A DNA stretch of 42,513 nucleotides. It comes from Bacillota bacterium. GTDB taxonomy: Bacteria; Bacillota_I; Bacilli_A; RFN20; CAG-826. The notes below the pieces were generated by a model, which saw nothing but the letters and a program-made list of their open reading frames with translations, was not told where the DNA came from and did not search any database. Of this stretch, positions 27,555 through 36,817 are shown in pieces. Where the stretch lies: contig JBDLRZ010000061.1 of NCBI GenBank assembly GCA_039799785.1, positions 1 through 42,513 on the forward strand, given 5' to 3'. Within the stretch, counting starts at the first letter, position 1, and each line of letters starts with the position of its first letter. Both the position numbers and the translations under genes were made by a program.

Positions 27555-30500
27555 TTGTTTATCCCACTTCACATCACGAGTTCTTACTCCTTTTTATCAA
27601 GTGGTTTCACCATGGACCGCCTCCTTTCGTCACTTAAAGAAAAACAATATACCGTTGCGGGGCTAGCTGATCATCAAGTCTTATTCGGTATCCCAGAATT
27701 TGCCACCTTAACCAAGAAAAATCAAATCCAATCCATTATCGGCATTGATATTGTTTACCAAAAAATGTTGGTTACTTTTTTTGCTAAAAATGAAGACGGT
27801 TATCGACTTCTCATTCAACTGAGTCAATTGGCCCAACAAAAACAAATCGATTCATTCAAATTTCAACCTGGTTCAAATGATGTGATTGCAGTCGTTTCTA
27901 CTGACCAAAGTACGATTTTTAATGCTCCATTTTCCGACATTGCACTTTATCTACAAACTTCGTTTAAAGGCCTTAAACAGGTTTATTTAGGAATTGAACA
28001 TTATCCAGATTCAGATCAAACAAAACTGAAGTCTGTTCGCCAATTTGCCAAACAATTCACCTATCCAACCGTTGCTTTTCCTCACATTCTTTATGGTAAA
28101 ACGAGCGATGCTATTATCGTTGATATGTTAAAGGCAATTCAAAGCAGTGAACCCTTACTCATCAAAGAAAAAAATGGTCGCCACTACTTACCCCTTTCTT
28201 CTGAAGTTGAGGCTTTGTACACACCCGAAGAAATCATTGAAACCGTCAACATCAGTAATGCATGCAAATTTAACTTCTTTGTTAAACGTGGGCAATTATT
28301 GACGTTTGAACCGGGGAAAGATTCACAAGCTTTATTGCGTGAAAAAGCAATTGAAGGCCTACAAAATAGACCGATTGATTTTACACAAGTGATTTATTTA
28401 GAAAGACTTGATCAAGAATTAACGATGATTGAAAGTCTTGGTTTCGCTGATTATTTCTTAATCGTTGCGGACTTTATTCAATTTGCTAAACAACAAAACA
28501 TCCCTGTTGGTCCCGGAAGAGGATCTGCACCGGGAAGTTTAGTTGCCTATGCTTTGGGCATTACAGAAATTGATCCACTTCCACATCAATTATTATTTGA
28601 ACGTTTTTTAAATCCTTCTCGAAAAACCATGCCAGATATTGATACAGATTTTGCTGATAAAGACCGAGAAAAAATCATCATTTATTTAATGCAAAAATAT
28701 GGTTCAGATCGCGTCAGTCACATTATCACGTATCAAACCATCCAAGCTAAACAAGCGATTCGTGATGTTGGTCGAATGTATAAATTTTCAAATACCTCGA
28801 TTGAATTGTTATCCAAGGCATTGGGAGATGGAAAATTAGACTTACGATCTGCTTACAAAAAACTCCCAGCATTTCAAAAATTATTTGATGAGGATTCTGA
28901 GTGTGCTGAAATCGTAAAACTCGCGCATAAAATTGAAGGATTTATTCGCCAACCCGGCATGCATGCAGCTGGCATAATTCTAAATCAATCTCCACTCATT
29001 GAAAGTTTGCCTTTAATCACTCAAGGTGATAAAACCATTACCCAATATGAAATGAATCATTTAGAAGCACAAGGCTTTTTAAAAATTGATATTCTAGGTT
29101 TAAAGAATTTAACCATTATTGAATCTTGTTTAGCGATTCTTCTACGTCAAGGCATCCAAATCCAATTCAATCAAATGAATTATGAAGATCCTCAGGTTTA
29201 TGCTTTATTGAGAATGGGTCTAAATATGGGGATTTTTCAACTTGAATCCGATGGCATGAAGCGCGCAATGAGAACCATTCAAGTCGATCGATTTAGTGAT
29301 TTGGTAAGCTTAATTGCGCTTTATCGACCTGGTCCCATGGATAACATTGAAAGTTATGCAAGACGAAAACAAGGGTTAGAACCGATCACTTACTTAGATC
29401 AGCAACTAAAGCCAATTCTAAATCCAACTTTTGGCATCATCATCTATCAAGAACAAATCATGCAAATTGCTCAAACGATGGCTGGTTTTTCTCTTGGTAA
29501 AGCGGATGATTTCCGACGCGCTATTTCTAAAAAAGACAATGAAGTCATGCTGAGTCTAAAGCAAGCTTTTATCGAAGGTGCGGTCGTCAAAGGTTACAAG
29601 GCTGATCATGCCCTAAGTGTCTACAATCACATTCTGAAATTTGCAGATTATGGTTTCAATAAATCCCATTCTGTAGCGTATGCAACTCTCACATATCAAA
29701 TGGCCTACTTAAAAACGTATTATCCACATGCTTTCTATGCTGCGATCTTAAATGCTTCAGCAGGCACCTCTGATACAAAATTATTAAATTATTTAGATGA
29801 GTTAAGAACGTTAAAAATTAAATTATCATCACCCAGTATCCAAACACCTTCAAGTCAATTTATGATGGTGGATCAACGTTTAATTGCACCTTTAACCATT
29901 ATCAAAGGCATTCAACAAAGTTTAGTAGAAACCATCATGCAAGTAAGGGCTAAAGGACCATTTCAAGATTTATTTGATTGTGTGACAAGATTACACCCTT
30001 ATCATGTGACCCTAAACCAACATGCCGCACTTATCGATGCGGGGGCATATGATGGCTTTGGACTCAATCGAGCAACCTTAAGGGCAAGTTTGCCGAATGC
30101 AATTAAAAATGCAGCCATACAATCAACCTTTATTGATGAATCAACCGGCTTAATTCCTGCGACGTCTCTACCCAAGATGGCTTATGTTCAAACAACCGAT
30201 TCGGCTTTTGACAATTTAGAAAAAGAATTAGATGTCACCGGTATGATACTTTCCCAAAGTGTATTAGGACCTTATCGTTTGGATAAACAAAATCCACATG
30301 TCTCTACGATTCAAGAGGCTAAGAAAACCAACCAAGTCGTTACAACAGGTGGATTAATTCGAACCATCCGCGTGGTTAAAACCAAAGCCGGTCAAACCAT
30401 GGCTTTTGTAACCATGTATGACGAAACCGATAAGTTGGATTTGGTGATATTTCCAAAATTGTATGAAAAACTTGCAACGATGATTTCAAGAGGTCAACTT

Positions 30501-30578
30501 ATCATCGTCGTTGGAACGGTTGATCAAGAAAAGCAAGATAGTTTTATTGTGGACCAACTAAGGCCGGTAAAATCATGA
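27555..30578 (+). CDS. dnaE: DNA polymerase III alpha subunit DnaE
   Basis: GPGRGSA, FERFLNP, PDIDTDF, HAAG, KIDILGL, YRPGP, YQEQ, YGFNKSH, C-terminal OB fold; PHP ligands degenerate. Confidence 0.98.
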   Translation: MFIPLHITSSYSFLSSGFTMDRLLSSLKEKQYTVAGLADHQVLFGIPEFATLTKKNQIQSIIGIDIVYQKMLVTFFAKNEDGYRLLIQLSQLAQQKQIDSFKFQPGSNDVIAVVSTDQSTIFNAPFSDIALYLQTSFKGLKQVYLGIEHYPDSDQTKLKSVRQFAKQFTYPTVAFPHILYGKTSDAIIVDMLKAIQSSEPLLIKEKNGRHYLPLSSEVEALYTPEEIIETVNISNACKFNFFVKRGQLLTFEPGKDSQALLREKAIEGLQNRPIDFTQVIYLERLDQELTMIESLGFADYFLIVADFIQFAKQQNIPVGPGRGSAPGSLVAYALGITEIDPLPHQLLFERFLNPSRKTMPDIDTDFADKDREKIIIYLMQKYGSDRVSHIITYQTIQAKQAIRDVGRMYKFSNTSIELLSKALGDGKLDLRSAYKKLPAFQKLFDEDSECAEIVKLAHKIEGFIRQPGMHAAGIILNQSPLIESLPLITQGDKTITQYEMNHLEAQGFLKIDILGLKNLTIIESCLAILLRQGIQIQFNQMNYEDPQVYALLRMGLNMGIFQLESDGMKRAMRTIQVDRFSDLVSLIALYRPGPMDNIESYARRKQGLEPITYLDQQLKPILNPTFGIIIYQEQIMQIAQTMAGFSLGKADDFRRAISKKDNEVMLSLKQAFIEGAVVKGYKADHALSVYNHILKFADYGFNKSHSVAYATLTYQMAYLKTYYPHAFYAAILNASAGTSDTKLLNYLDELRTLKIKLSSPSIQTPSSQFMMVDQRLIAPLTIIKGIQQSLVETIMQVRAKGPFQDLFDCVTRLHPYHVTLNQHAALIDAGAYDGFGLNRATLRASLPNAIKNAAIQSTFIDESTGLIPATSLPKMAYVQTTDSAFDNLEKELDVTGMILSQSVLGPYRLDKQNPHVSTIQEAKKTNQVVTTGGLIRTIRVVKTKAGQTMAFVTMYDETDKLDLVIFPKLYEKLATMISRGQLIIVVGTVDQEKQDSFIVDQLRPVKS

Positions 30579-33127
30579 AAATACTGAAAATCATTGATGG
30601 CAATGCTTTGTTATTTCGTGCCTATTTCGCATCCAGTTATGGTGGGGCAAGTTTAACGACAAGCACAGGTATACCTACAAATGCTGTGTATGTGTTTGCG
30701 AATATGCTGCAAAAAATACTTTTTCCTGTCGATGAAAATGTGCATATTTTGGTGGCATTTGATACAGGAGAAAAAACCTTTAGACATCAAGAATTAGAAT
30801 CTTATAAGGCTCATCGAAAACCAGTTCCAGAAGATTTAATTCCTCAATTTGCAATTGCCCGTTCATTATTAAATGCTCTGCAATTATTTACCTTTGAACA
30901 ATCTGGTTTTGAAGGTGATGATGTCGCTGGCACGGCAGCAATCCTTGGAGTAAAAGCGGGCATGGAAGTTGAAATATATACCTCGGATCGAGACTTTCTG
31001 CAATTAGTCCAACCGCACCTTACGGTTAATTTAATTCGCAAAGGTGTAAGTGAAATGATAAAAATGACCCGAGAAAAAGTGATTGCTGAATATGGCATTA
31101 CCCCTGAACAAGTTCCAGATTATAAGGGTTTGGTCGGAGACGCCAGCGATAATCTTCCTGGCATTCCTGGTATTGGCGAAAAAACCGCCATCAAATTATT
31201 ACAACAATTCTCTACCTTTGAAAAAGTATTAGAAGGCGCGAATACGCTCAAAGGAAAAACAGCTGAAAATTTAATCGCGCATCAACAATCGGGGATTATT
31301 TCTAAAAAGCTTGCCATCATTCAAACCAATATGAAATTACCATTTGATTTAAATCAAACCCTTTATCAAGGTGTAAACCAAGAACAATTTCTACAATTCG
31401 TCACCCAATATGAAATGAAATCTTTATTGGGTCGATTTCAAATGAAAACAAATACGACCTCTTCGCCCGTTACCTTTGAACAAGTCAAACAGTTACCAGA
31501 ACTCAAAACGAAACAGTTAAGTATTGTTCCGATGATAAAGCCTGGAAACTACTTTAAGGAATCGTTAATGGGGTGGGTAATACACGATCAAACTCGTACG
31601 TTTGTACTCAATCTGGATGACAGTAAGCAAGATCCAGTTTGGAAACGTATCATGGAAGATCAAACCATCGAAAAAATTGCCTTCGATTATAAAGAACTTC
31701 TCGTTTTATGTCATCGTTATCAAGTGTTGATAAAAGGACCTTTTTTCGATTGTATGCTTTCAACCTACGCTTTAGAAGAAACCCCTTCATTAAATCGCCA
31801 AACGGTAATGCAACAATCGGGCATTCCATTAAGTGAAGATTTATTAGAGCAATCAGTTCAAGTTGCTCAAGCGTTAGGATCGTTGAAAACGCGATTAATG
31901 CAAAATTTAAAAGATAAACATCTAGAAAAGATTGTATATGAAATTGAATTTCCATTGATTCCAATCCTTGCTTCTATGGAAATTGAAGGACTACCCATTG
32001 ATGTTGCCTACTTAAAAACCATGGAAAAAACGGTCGATGAAAAGATCCAAGAACTTAAAAAACAAATTTTTGAATACATCGGTCAAAGTTTTAACTTAGA
32101 TAGTCCAAAACAATTAAGTGAAATACTTTTTACAACGCTTCAATTACCCAATCCAAAAAAAGGGTCAACCAATGCAGATGTTTTAAAGCAAATCATGACG
32201 CTTCATCCTTCAATACCCTTGATTCTTGATTATCGTAAGTATGCAAAATTACAATCGACTTATATTAAAGCGCTTCCTGAGGTAAGCTATCCGGATGGTA
32301 AATTACATCCCATTTATCAACAAGCACAAACCACAACAGGACGATTATCATCTTATGATCCCAATATTCAAAACATCGCCGTGAAAGATGAAGAAACGAA
32401 ACTCATTCGAAAAGCGTTTTATTATCCTCAATTAGACTTTGTCCTTCTTTCTTTTGACTATTCACAAATCGAGTTAAGGATTTTAGCCGAGCTTGCCAAT
32501 TGCCAATCATTGATTGATGCGTTTCAAAAGCAAGAAGATATCCACACCTTGACGGCAAAACGTTTATTCGCCAATGGTGGTGAGGTGACTTCATTGATGC
32601 GACGACAAGCAAAGGCCGTTAACTTTGGTATTATTTATGGCATTTCTTCATGGGGATTATCTGAACAACTTGGTGTTTCTACTACAGAAGCAAATCAATT
32701 GATTGATGCTTTTTATCTTGCTTATCCTGAACTCAAACAATATATGCAATCCTTGATCGCTTCATTACAAGATCAAAAATATGTTTCAACCCTTTTAGGC
32801 CGACGTCGATATCTTCGCGATATTTCTGGAAGCAACTTTCAAGCGAGAGAATTTGCCAAACGGGCTGCGATGAATGCGCCTATCCAAGGAACAGCTGCAG
32901 ATTTACTAAAACTTGCGATGATTAAAGTTGCAGATGCCCTTACCGTTAATGGTTTCAAAACTCGATTAATCCTCACGATTCATGACGAATTAATTTTTAA
33001 AACCCCAAAAGACGAAATTGAAAAAGTGATGCCCTTGATTCAATCGATCATGGAAACCGCATTACCATTAAAAGTACCCTTAAAGGTCGATGGCCATTAT
33101 GCTGATACTTGGTATGATTTAAAATAA
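30575..33127 (+). CDS. polA: DNA polymerase I
   Basis: 5'-3' exonuclease (IDGNALLFRAY, YKAHR, GDASDNLPG) and polymerase motifs TGRLSS, DYSQIELR, RRQAKAVNFGIIYG, IHDEL. Confidence 0.98.
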   Translation: MKILKIIDGNALLFRAYFASSYGGASLTTSTGIPTNAVYVFANMLQKILFPVDENVHILVAFDTGEKTFRHQELESYKAHRKPVPEDLIPQFAIARSLLNALQLFTFEQSGFEGDDVAGTAAILGVKAGMEVEIYTSDRDFLQLVQPHLTVNLIRKGVSEMIKMTREKVIAEYGITPEQVPDYKGLVGDASDNLPGIPGIGEKTAIKLLQQFSTFEKVLEGANTLKGKTAENLIAHQQSGIISKKLAIIQTNMKLPFDLNQTLYQGVNQEQFLQFVTQYEMKSLLGRFQMKTNTTSSPVTFEQVKQLPELKTKQLSIVPMIKPGNYFKESLMGWVIHDQTRTFVLNLDDSKQDPVWKRIMEDQTIEKIAFDYKELLVLCHRYQVLIKGPFFDCMLSTYALEETPSLNRQTVMQQSGIPLSEDLLEQSVQVAQALGSLKTRLMQNLKDKHLEKIVYEIEFPLIPILASMEIEGLPIDVAYLKTMEKTVDEKIQELKKQIFEYIGQSFNLDSPKQLSEILFTTLQLPNPKKGSTNADVLKQIMTLHPSIPLILDYRKYAKLQSTYIKALPEVSYPDGKLHPIYQQAQTTTGRLSSYDPNIQNIAVKDEETKLIRKAFYYPQLDFVLLSFDYSQIELRILAELANCQSLIDAFQKQEDIHTLTAKRLFANGGEVTSLMRRQAKAVNFGIIYGISSWGLSEQLGVSTTEANQLIDAFYLAYPELKQYMQSLIASLQDQKYVSTLLGRRRYLRDISGSNFQAREFAKRAAMNAPIQGTAADLLKLAMIKVADALTVNGFKTRLILTIHDELIFKTPKDEIEKVMPLIQSIMETALPLKVPLKVDGHYADTWYDLK

Positions 33128-33131
33128 ACTT

Positions 33132-34541
33132 ATGCCAGAACTACCAGAAGTTGAGACCATCGTCAAAACCTTAAGACCTTTAATGGTCCAAAAAACCATT
33201 AAACAAATCGATATCTTTCATCCACGGATGGTTAAACCCAATGTATCTGAATTTAAAAAAACACTGATTGGAAAATCGATTCAATCGATTGAACGAATTG
33301 GCAAATTTATCATCTTTTTCTTCTCAAACGGCGTTGTGGTGATTTCCCACTTACGTATGGAAGGCAAATACATTGAAGCCAAGGATGCCTCCACACCATT
33401 AAGTCGATTTGCAAGAATCGTGTTTGCGTTCACGGATGGAACCCGCATGATCTACGATGACATGAGAAAATTTGGAACCTTTGAATTGGCAACTCAATCA
33501 ACTTATCTTCAGCATGCTTCACTTCAATCCCTTGGTAAAGAACCCTTACATACCATTGAACCTTCATTGATATATTCATCTTTTCATCGCGCCAATCGTG
33601 CGATCAAAACGTTATTGTTAGATCAACGCATTTTATTGGGCATTGGCAATATTTATGCCGATGAAATCTTATTTGCCTCTAGGATTCACCCTTTAACAAA
33701 AGGAAAGCATTTAACCATTAACCAAACGTCAACAATTTTAAAACATGCTCAACGCATTCTTCACCAAGCGATTCAAGATGGTGGTACACGTATTCGAACC
33801 TATCAATCTGGGCAAAAAATTGATGGCGAATTTATCACCAAAATTAAGGTTTATGGCAAAGAGGGAGATGCTTGTGTTAACTGTCAGCATCGTATCGATA
33901 AAATCATGGTTGGAGGTCGAGGAACTCATTATTGCCCACATTGCCAACATCATCCCCAATTTCCGTTTGTCATTGGTGTAACAGGCGAAATCGCCACAGG
34001 TAAATCAACCCTACTTCAAGAAGGATTATCATTAGGGATTCCATCAATTGAAGCTGATAAGCTTGTCCATGCATTCTATCAAACGAAACAAGCGGTTCAA
34101 CTGCTAAAAAAAATCTTTCCAGAAAGTATCGTCAATCAAAAGATTGATCGACTCAAATTATTAAGGGCAATGGTCAACGATAAAGCTCGATATGATAAAT
34201 GGATCAAAATTTTATTTCCCATCATTAAAAAAAATATGTATCAGCAATTATTAAAGACTCAATCCGACGTGATTTTATTGGAAGTACCGCTATTGTTTCA
34301 AGGTGAGATTGATGCTTTTACAGATGTAATTCTTGGCATTGAATCGCCCAAATCTTTACAAATTAAACGTTTAAAAGAAAGAAATCCTGAGACGGTCGAT
34401 GCATTGCTTTTACTGAATGAGCGAAATCAATATCGAAATTATTTATCCTTCGTGAACGTGCGCCTAAACAATGATGGCAATCTCACGACTTGGAAGAACA
34501 TCATCCAAAAAACGTTAAGGCCTTATCTTCATCAAGATTAA
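33132..34541 (+). CDS. mutM: Fusion of formamidopyrimidine-DNA glycosylase (Fpg/MutM) and dephospho-CoA kinase (CoaE)
   Basis: N-part PELPEVET, HLRMEG, LLDQ..GIGNIYADE, zinc finger CVNC..RGTHYCPHCQ; C-part IGVTGEIATGKST, ADKLVH, IDR, EVPLLF, RLKERN, NNDG; one continuous frame. Confidence 0.93.
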   Translation: MPELPEVETIVKTLRPLMVQKTIKQIDIFHPRMVKPNVSEFKKTLIGKSIQSIERIGKFIIFFFSNGVVVISHLRMEGKYIEAKDASTPLSRFARIVFAFTDGTRMIYDDMRKFGTFELATQSTYLQHASLQSLGKEPLHTIEPSLIYSSFHRANRAIKTLLLDQRILLGIGNIYADEILFASRIHPLTKGKHLTINQTSTILKHAQRILHQAIQDGGTRIRTYQSGQKIDGEFITKIKVYGKEGDACVNCQHRIDKIMVGGRGTHYCPHCQHHPQFPFVIGVTGEIATGKSTLLQEGLSLGIPSIEADKLVHAFYQTKQAVQLLKKIFPESIVNQKIDRLKLLRAMVNDKARYDKWIKILFPIIKKNMYQQLLKTQSDVILLEVPLLFQGEIDAFTDVILGIESPKSLQIKRLKERNPETVDALLLLNERNQYRNYLSFVNVRLNNDGNLTTWKNIIQKTLRPYLHQD

Positions 34542-35434
34542 AGAGGCATCATGGCAGGTAGATGAATCGGTTTGGTAATGATTTGAACTAAATTTAACCA
34601 ATCAGTCATCAGCATCCGTTTGTCTTTATACCCTTTAAATAAACCTTCTAATTGCATAATCGGGACGGTGCTCGTCACCATGGTGATCAAACCTTGTTTT
34701 TGTCTAGCAATGAATAACGGAATCAAGACATCGATTAACATATCTTCACTAATCGGTTGTGATCCTAATCCGTCTAAGATGAGTACGGTTAGTTTTTGAA
34801 GGCGTTCAAGTTCTCGACTAAAACCAAGTCCATCTGATTTTTTTGTTGAGACAAGTCTTGGTAATTGAAGATTAAAATCTAACAAACCAACGGTGCCTAA
34901 TTCATTGAGTGCAAATCGATATGCAAAGATACCAAGGGCAAACGTTTTCCCAGATTGATGAGGACCAATCAAGGCAAGTCCATCTGTAGTTTGTCTTTGT
35001 AAAACTTTCATCAAGTACATATAGAGTGCTTTTTGCCCATCTCGTTGCTTGAGTGATTCAAAAAGTTTTGAGTCTTTCCAATCGGCATTAAAATCATCAT
35101 AAATTAAGAAACGGGATACTTTTAACTGATCATCAAGGAGTGGACACGGTGCAATTTTTCGTTCTAAAAAACCAACTGCATTGCGTTGCATACTGACAAC
35201 ATAATGGCCCTGAGGCTTTAAACATTTTCCTGCCAATCTGCATTGCTCTACTTCTTGCGCATCACTTTCTAATTTCAATAAGGTTGAGAGGTGTTGGTGA
35301 ATTTCTGACTCTTTAATTTTTAAGGATTCAATCGTTTTTTTTAACCATGGACTTTGCTTAACTTGATTCACAGCTTGGTTAATCGCATCTTCAAAATCAT
35401 CTTGAATTAAAGTTTGGGGATTAATGGGTTTCAT
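34538..35434 (-). CDS. dnaI: Primosomal helicase loader DnaI-like AAA+ protein
   Basis: Zn-site-like C..C..H..C, Walker A GPHQSGKT, altered Walker B VLILDGLGS; follows dnaB. Confidence 0.8.
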   Translation of the reverse strand: MKPINPQTLIQDDFEDAINQAVNQVKQSPWLKKTIESLKIKESEIHQHLSTLLKLESDAQEVEQCRLAGKCLKPQGHYVVSMQRNAVGFLERKIAPCPLLDDQLKVSRFLIYDDFNADWKDSKLFESLKQRDGQKALYMYLMKVLQRQTTDGLALIGPHQSGKTFALGIFAYRFALNELGTVGLLDFNLQLPRLVSTKKSDGLGFSRELERLQKLTVLILDGLGSQPISEDMLIDVLIPLFIARQKQGLITMVTSTVPIMQLEGLFKGYKDKRMLMTDWLNLVQIITKPIHLPAMMPL

Positions 35435-36690
35435 TTTAAACCTTTCATCTTGTCTTCAAGTTGACCAAGTTCTTGTTCATCGACTTCTGTGATTGGAACA
35501 TTTGCTGCAACGGTTGGCGCAGGAAGGGTTGGTTCGGTTACTTCTTTTTTAATAGTTGTTTTCGACTGACGGGGTTGACTTAATTGATAAAAATAATCCA
35601 TGGTATCGATTGCATGTTGAACATTCGCACGCGTTAAACTGCCTGCTAATTTTTCAACATACCTTGAGCTCAATACATTATTTTGTGTGATAAGGACATG
35701 ATGAACGAGTGCATTAATCACACCAGAAGGTAGGGCATATTGTGTTTGTAAACGCATCAATAAACTAAAGTCTGCGGGTGAGACTTCTGCACCTTGTTGT
35801 TTCATCATTAAAAAATCTACTGGTGACATCATCTCCATTTGATTCATCAACTTCGCTTGTGTGGACGTTTCTTGTAATTGTACTTTTTGTTGTTGACGTT
35901 GACGAATAAAGGATGGCAAGCGTTTTTCTTGGCGCGCAGCTTGCATTACTTTATCTAAATTTAAGCGGTGATTTAAATCAAGATTGGTCCCCACAATATC
36001 GGCAGCGGCTAGTTCATCTAATCCTGTCAAAGTCGCAATGGACACCATTTGTTTAATGTCTTCTACATTGAGTTTTTTAACATCAATTGAAAATTGATGC
36101 TGTAATTGTTCCGCGAACTTTAATTGATCAAAAGGTTGCCTGATTTCTGCTAGTGATTTACCTTTAACATTTGAATTGGCCTGATTTAAAAATGCAGGAT
36201 GATTCAAATCTGGATGAAAAACTTCTCCAAAACTAATCGAGACTTCCTTCGATTGTGGATCAATAGCAGGTGTCATATATTTCGCTTCAATTTTTTTGAG
36301 ATACAAAAGATTCGTTCGTTGAATCAATAAACCTTTCAGGATAGGATCGTCCATAAATGCTTTTGGGGATTTGGGAGCATAAAGTGAAAAAGTAAACAAG
36401 TTCGTTTTTTCAAAAGTTTGGTGATAGGTTCTTAAAAGCCCAACCGCTTCTAACTGAGTTCTAGCAGATTGAAAGGTTTGTGGGGATGTTTGAAAATAGG
36501 ATAGAAAAGTTGAAAAAATAATTTGATTTCCTTCTAATAATTGGTCTTGTTGCTTTAGACCACCATATAATCCAAGGGCCTCAACGCCAAGAAAGGGGGC
36601 ATATGCTTCAAATAAAAACTCTAAATCCAATGAAGATATCATCGATTCTGAGCGTATTTGAATAAAATCTTGACTCGTAATAATTTTCAT
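35431..36690 (-). CDS. dnaB: Replication initiation / membrane attachment protein DnaB (Bacillus-type)
   Basis: LFEAYAPFLG..A.GLY, LEAVGLLRTY, L.AP.SP..F, C-terminal LPSGVINALV..YVEKLAGS; dnaB-dnaI pair. Confidence 0.88.
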   Translation of the reverse strand: MKIITSQDFIQIRSESMISSLDLEFLFEAYAPFLGVEALGLYGGLKQQDQLLEGNQIIFSTFLSYFQTSPQTFQSARTQLEAVGLLRTYHQTFEKTNLFTFSLYAPKSPKAFMDDPILKGLLIQRTNLLYLKKIEAKYMTPAIDPQSKEVSISFGEVFHPDLNHPAFLNQANSNVKGKSLAEIRQPFDQLKFAEQLQHQFSIDVKKLNVEDIKQMVSIATLTGLDELAAADIVGTNLDLNHRLNLDKVMQAARQEKRLPSFIRQRQQQKVQLQETSTQAKLMNQMEMMSPVDFLMMKQQGAEVSPADFSLLMRLQTQYALPSGVINALVHHVLITQNNVLSSRYVEKLAGSLTRANVQHAIDTMDYFYQLSQPRQSKTTIKKEVTEPTLPAPTVAANVPITEVDEQELGQLEDKMKGLK

Positions 36691-36694
36691 AGAA

Positions 36695-36714
36695 GGTTAT
36701 TATAAATTATAACC
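36695..36714 (-). promoter_or_regulatory. Tandem -10 boxes within an imperfect palindrome upstream of dnaB
   Basis: Minus strand GGTTATAATTTATAATAACC; proximal TATAAT 8 nt before the ATG; no SD. Confidence 0.55.
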
Positions 36715-36759
36715 GATTAAATTGAAAAGAAATGTAAGTTTATTTGCATCAAGGTTTCA

Positions 36760-36788
36760 TTGCTTAAGTACCCCAATTTTGATAGCAT
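36760..36788 (+). promoter_or_regulatory. Putative sigma-A promoter of the speD-like/pfkA/pyk/ROK operon
   Basis: TTGCTT-N17-TAGCAT with a TGn extension. Confidence 0.6.
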
Positions 36789-36793
36789 TATGA

Positions 36794-36817
36794 ATGAAAA
36801 GAGAATCTATTGAATGA
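36794..36817 (+). other. Candidate leaderless uORF MKRESIE* overlapping the next start codon
   Basis: ATG AAA AGA GAA TCT ATT GAA TGA; the ATG is 5 nt after the -10 and the stop forms ATGA with the 36814 start. Confidence 0.4.

Noticed and set aside
27555-28300. Degenerate PHP domain in DnaE, and absent 3'-5' exonuclease motifs in PolA
   Set aside because: Normal for Bacilli that proofread with PolC; polymerase catalytic residues are intact.
36732-36749. ATGTAA-N6-TTGCAT weak inverted repeat or cre-like site upstream of the glycolytic operon
   Set aside because: Lacks the central CG and spacing of a CcpA cre; plausible by chance in AT-rich DNA.
36790-36813. In-frame upstream ATG (MNEKRIY-TGA) directly before the SpeD-like ATG, suggesting TGA readthrough or code 4
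   Set aside because: The ATG lies only 1 nt after the predicted -10, so it would not be transcribed from that promoter. TGA is used as a stop at several gene ends, and the long genes are open under code 11.
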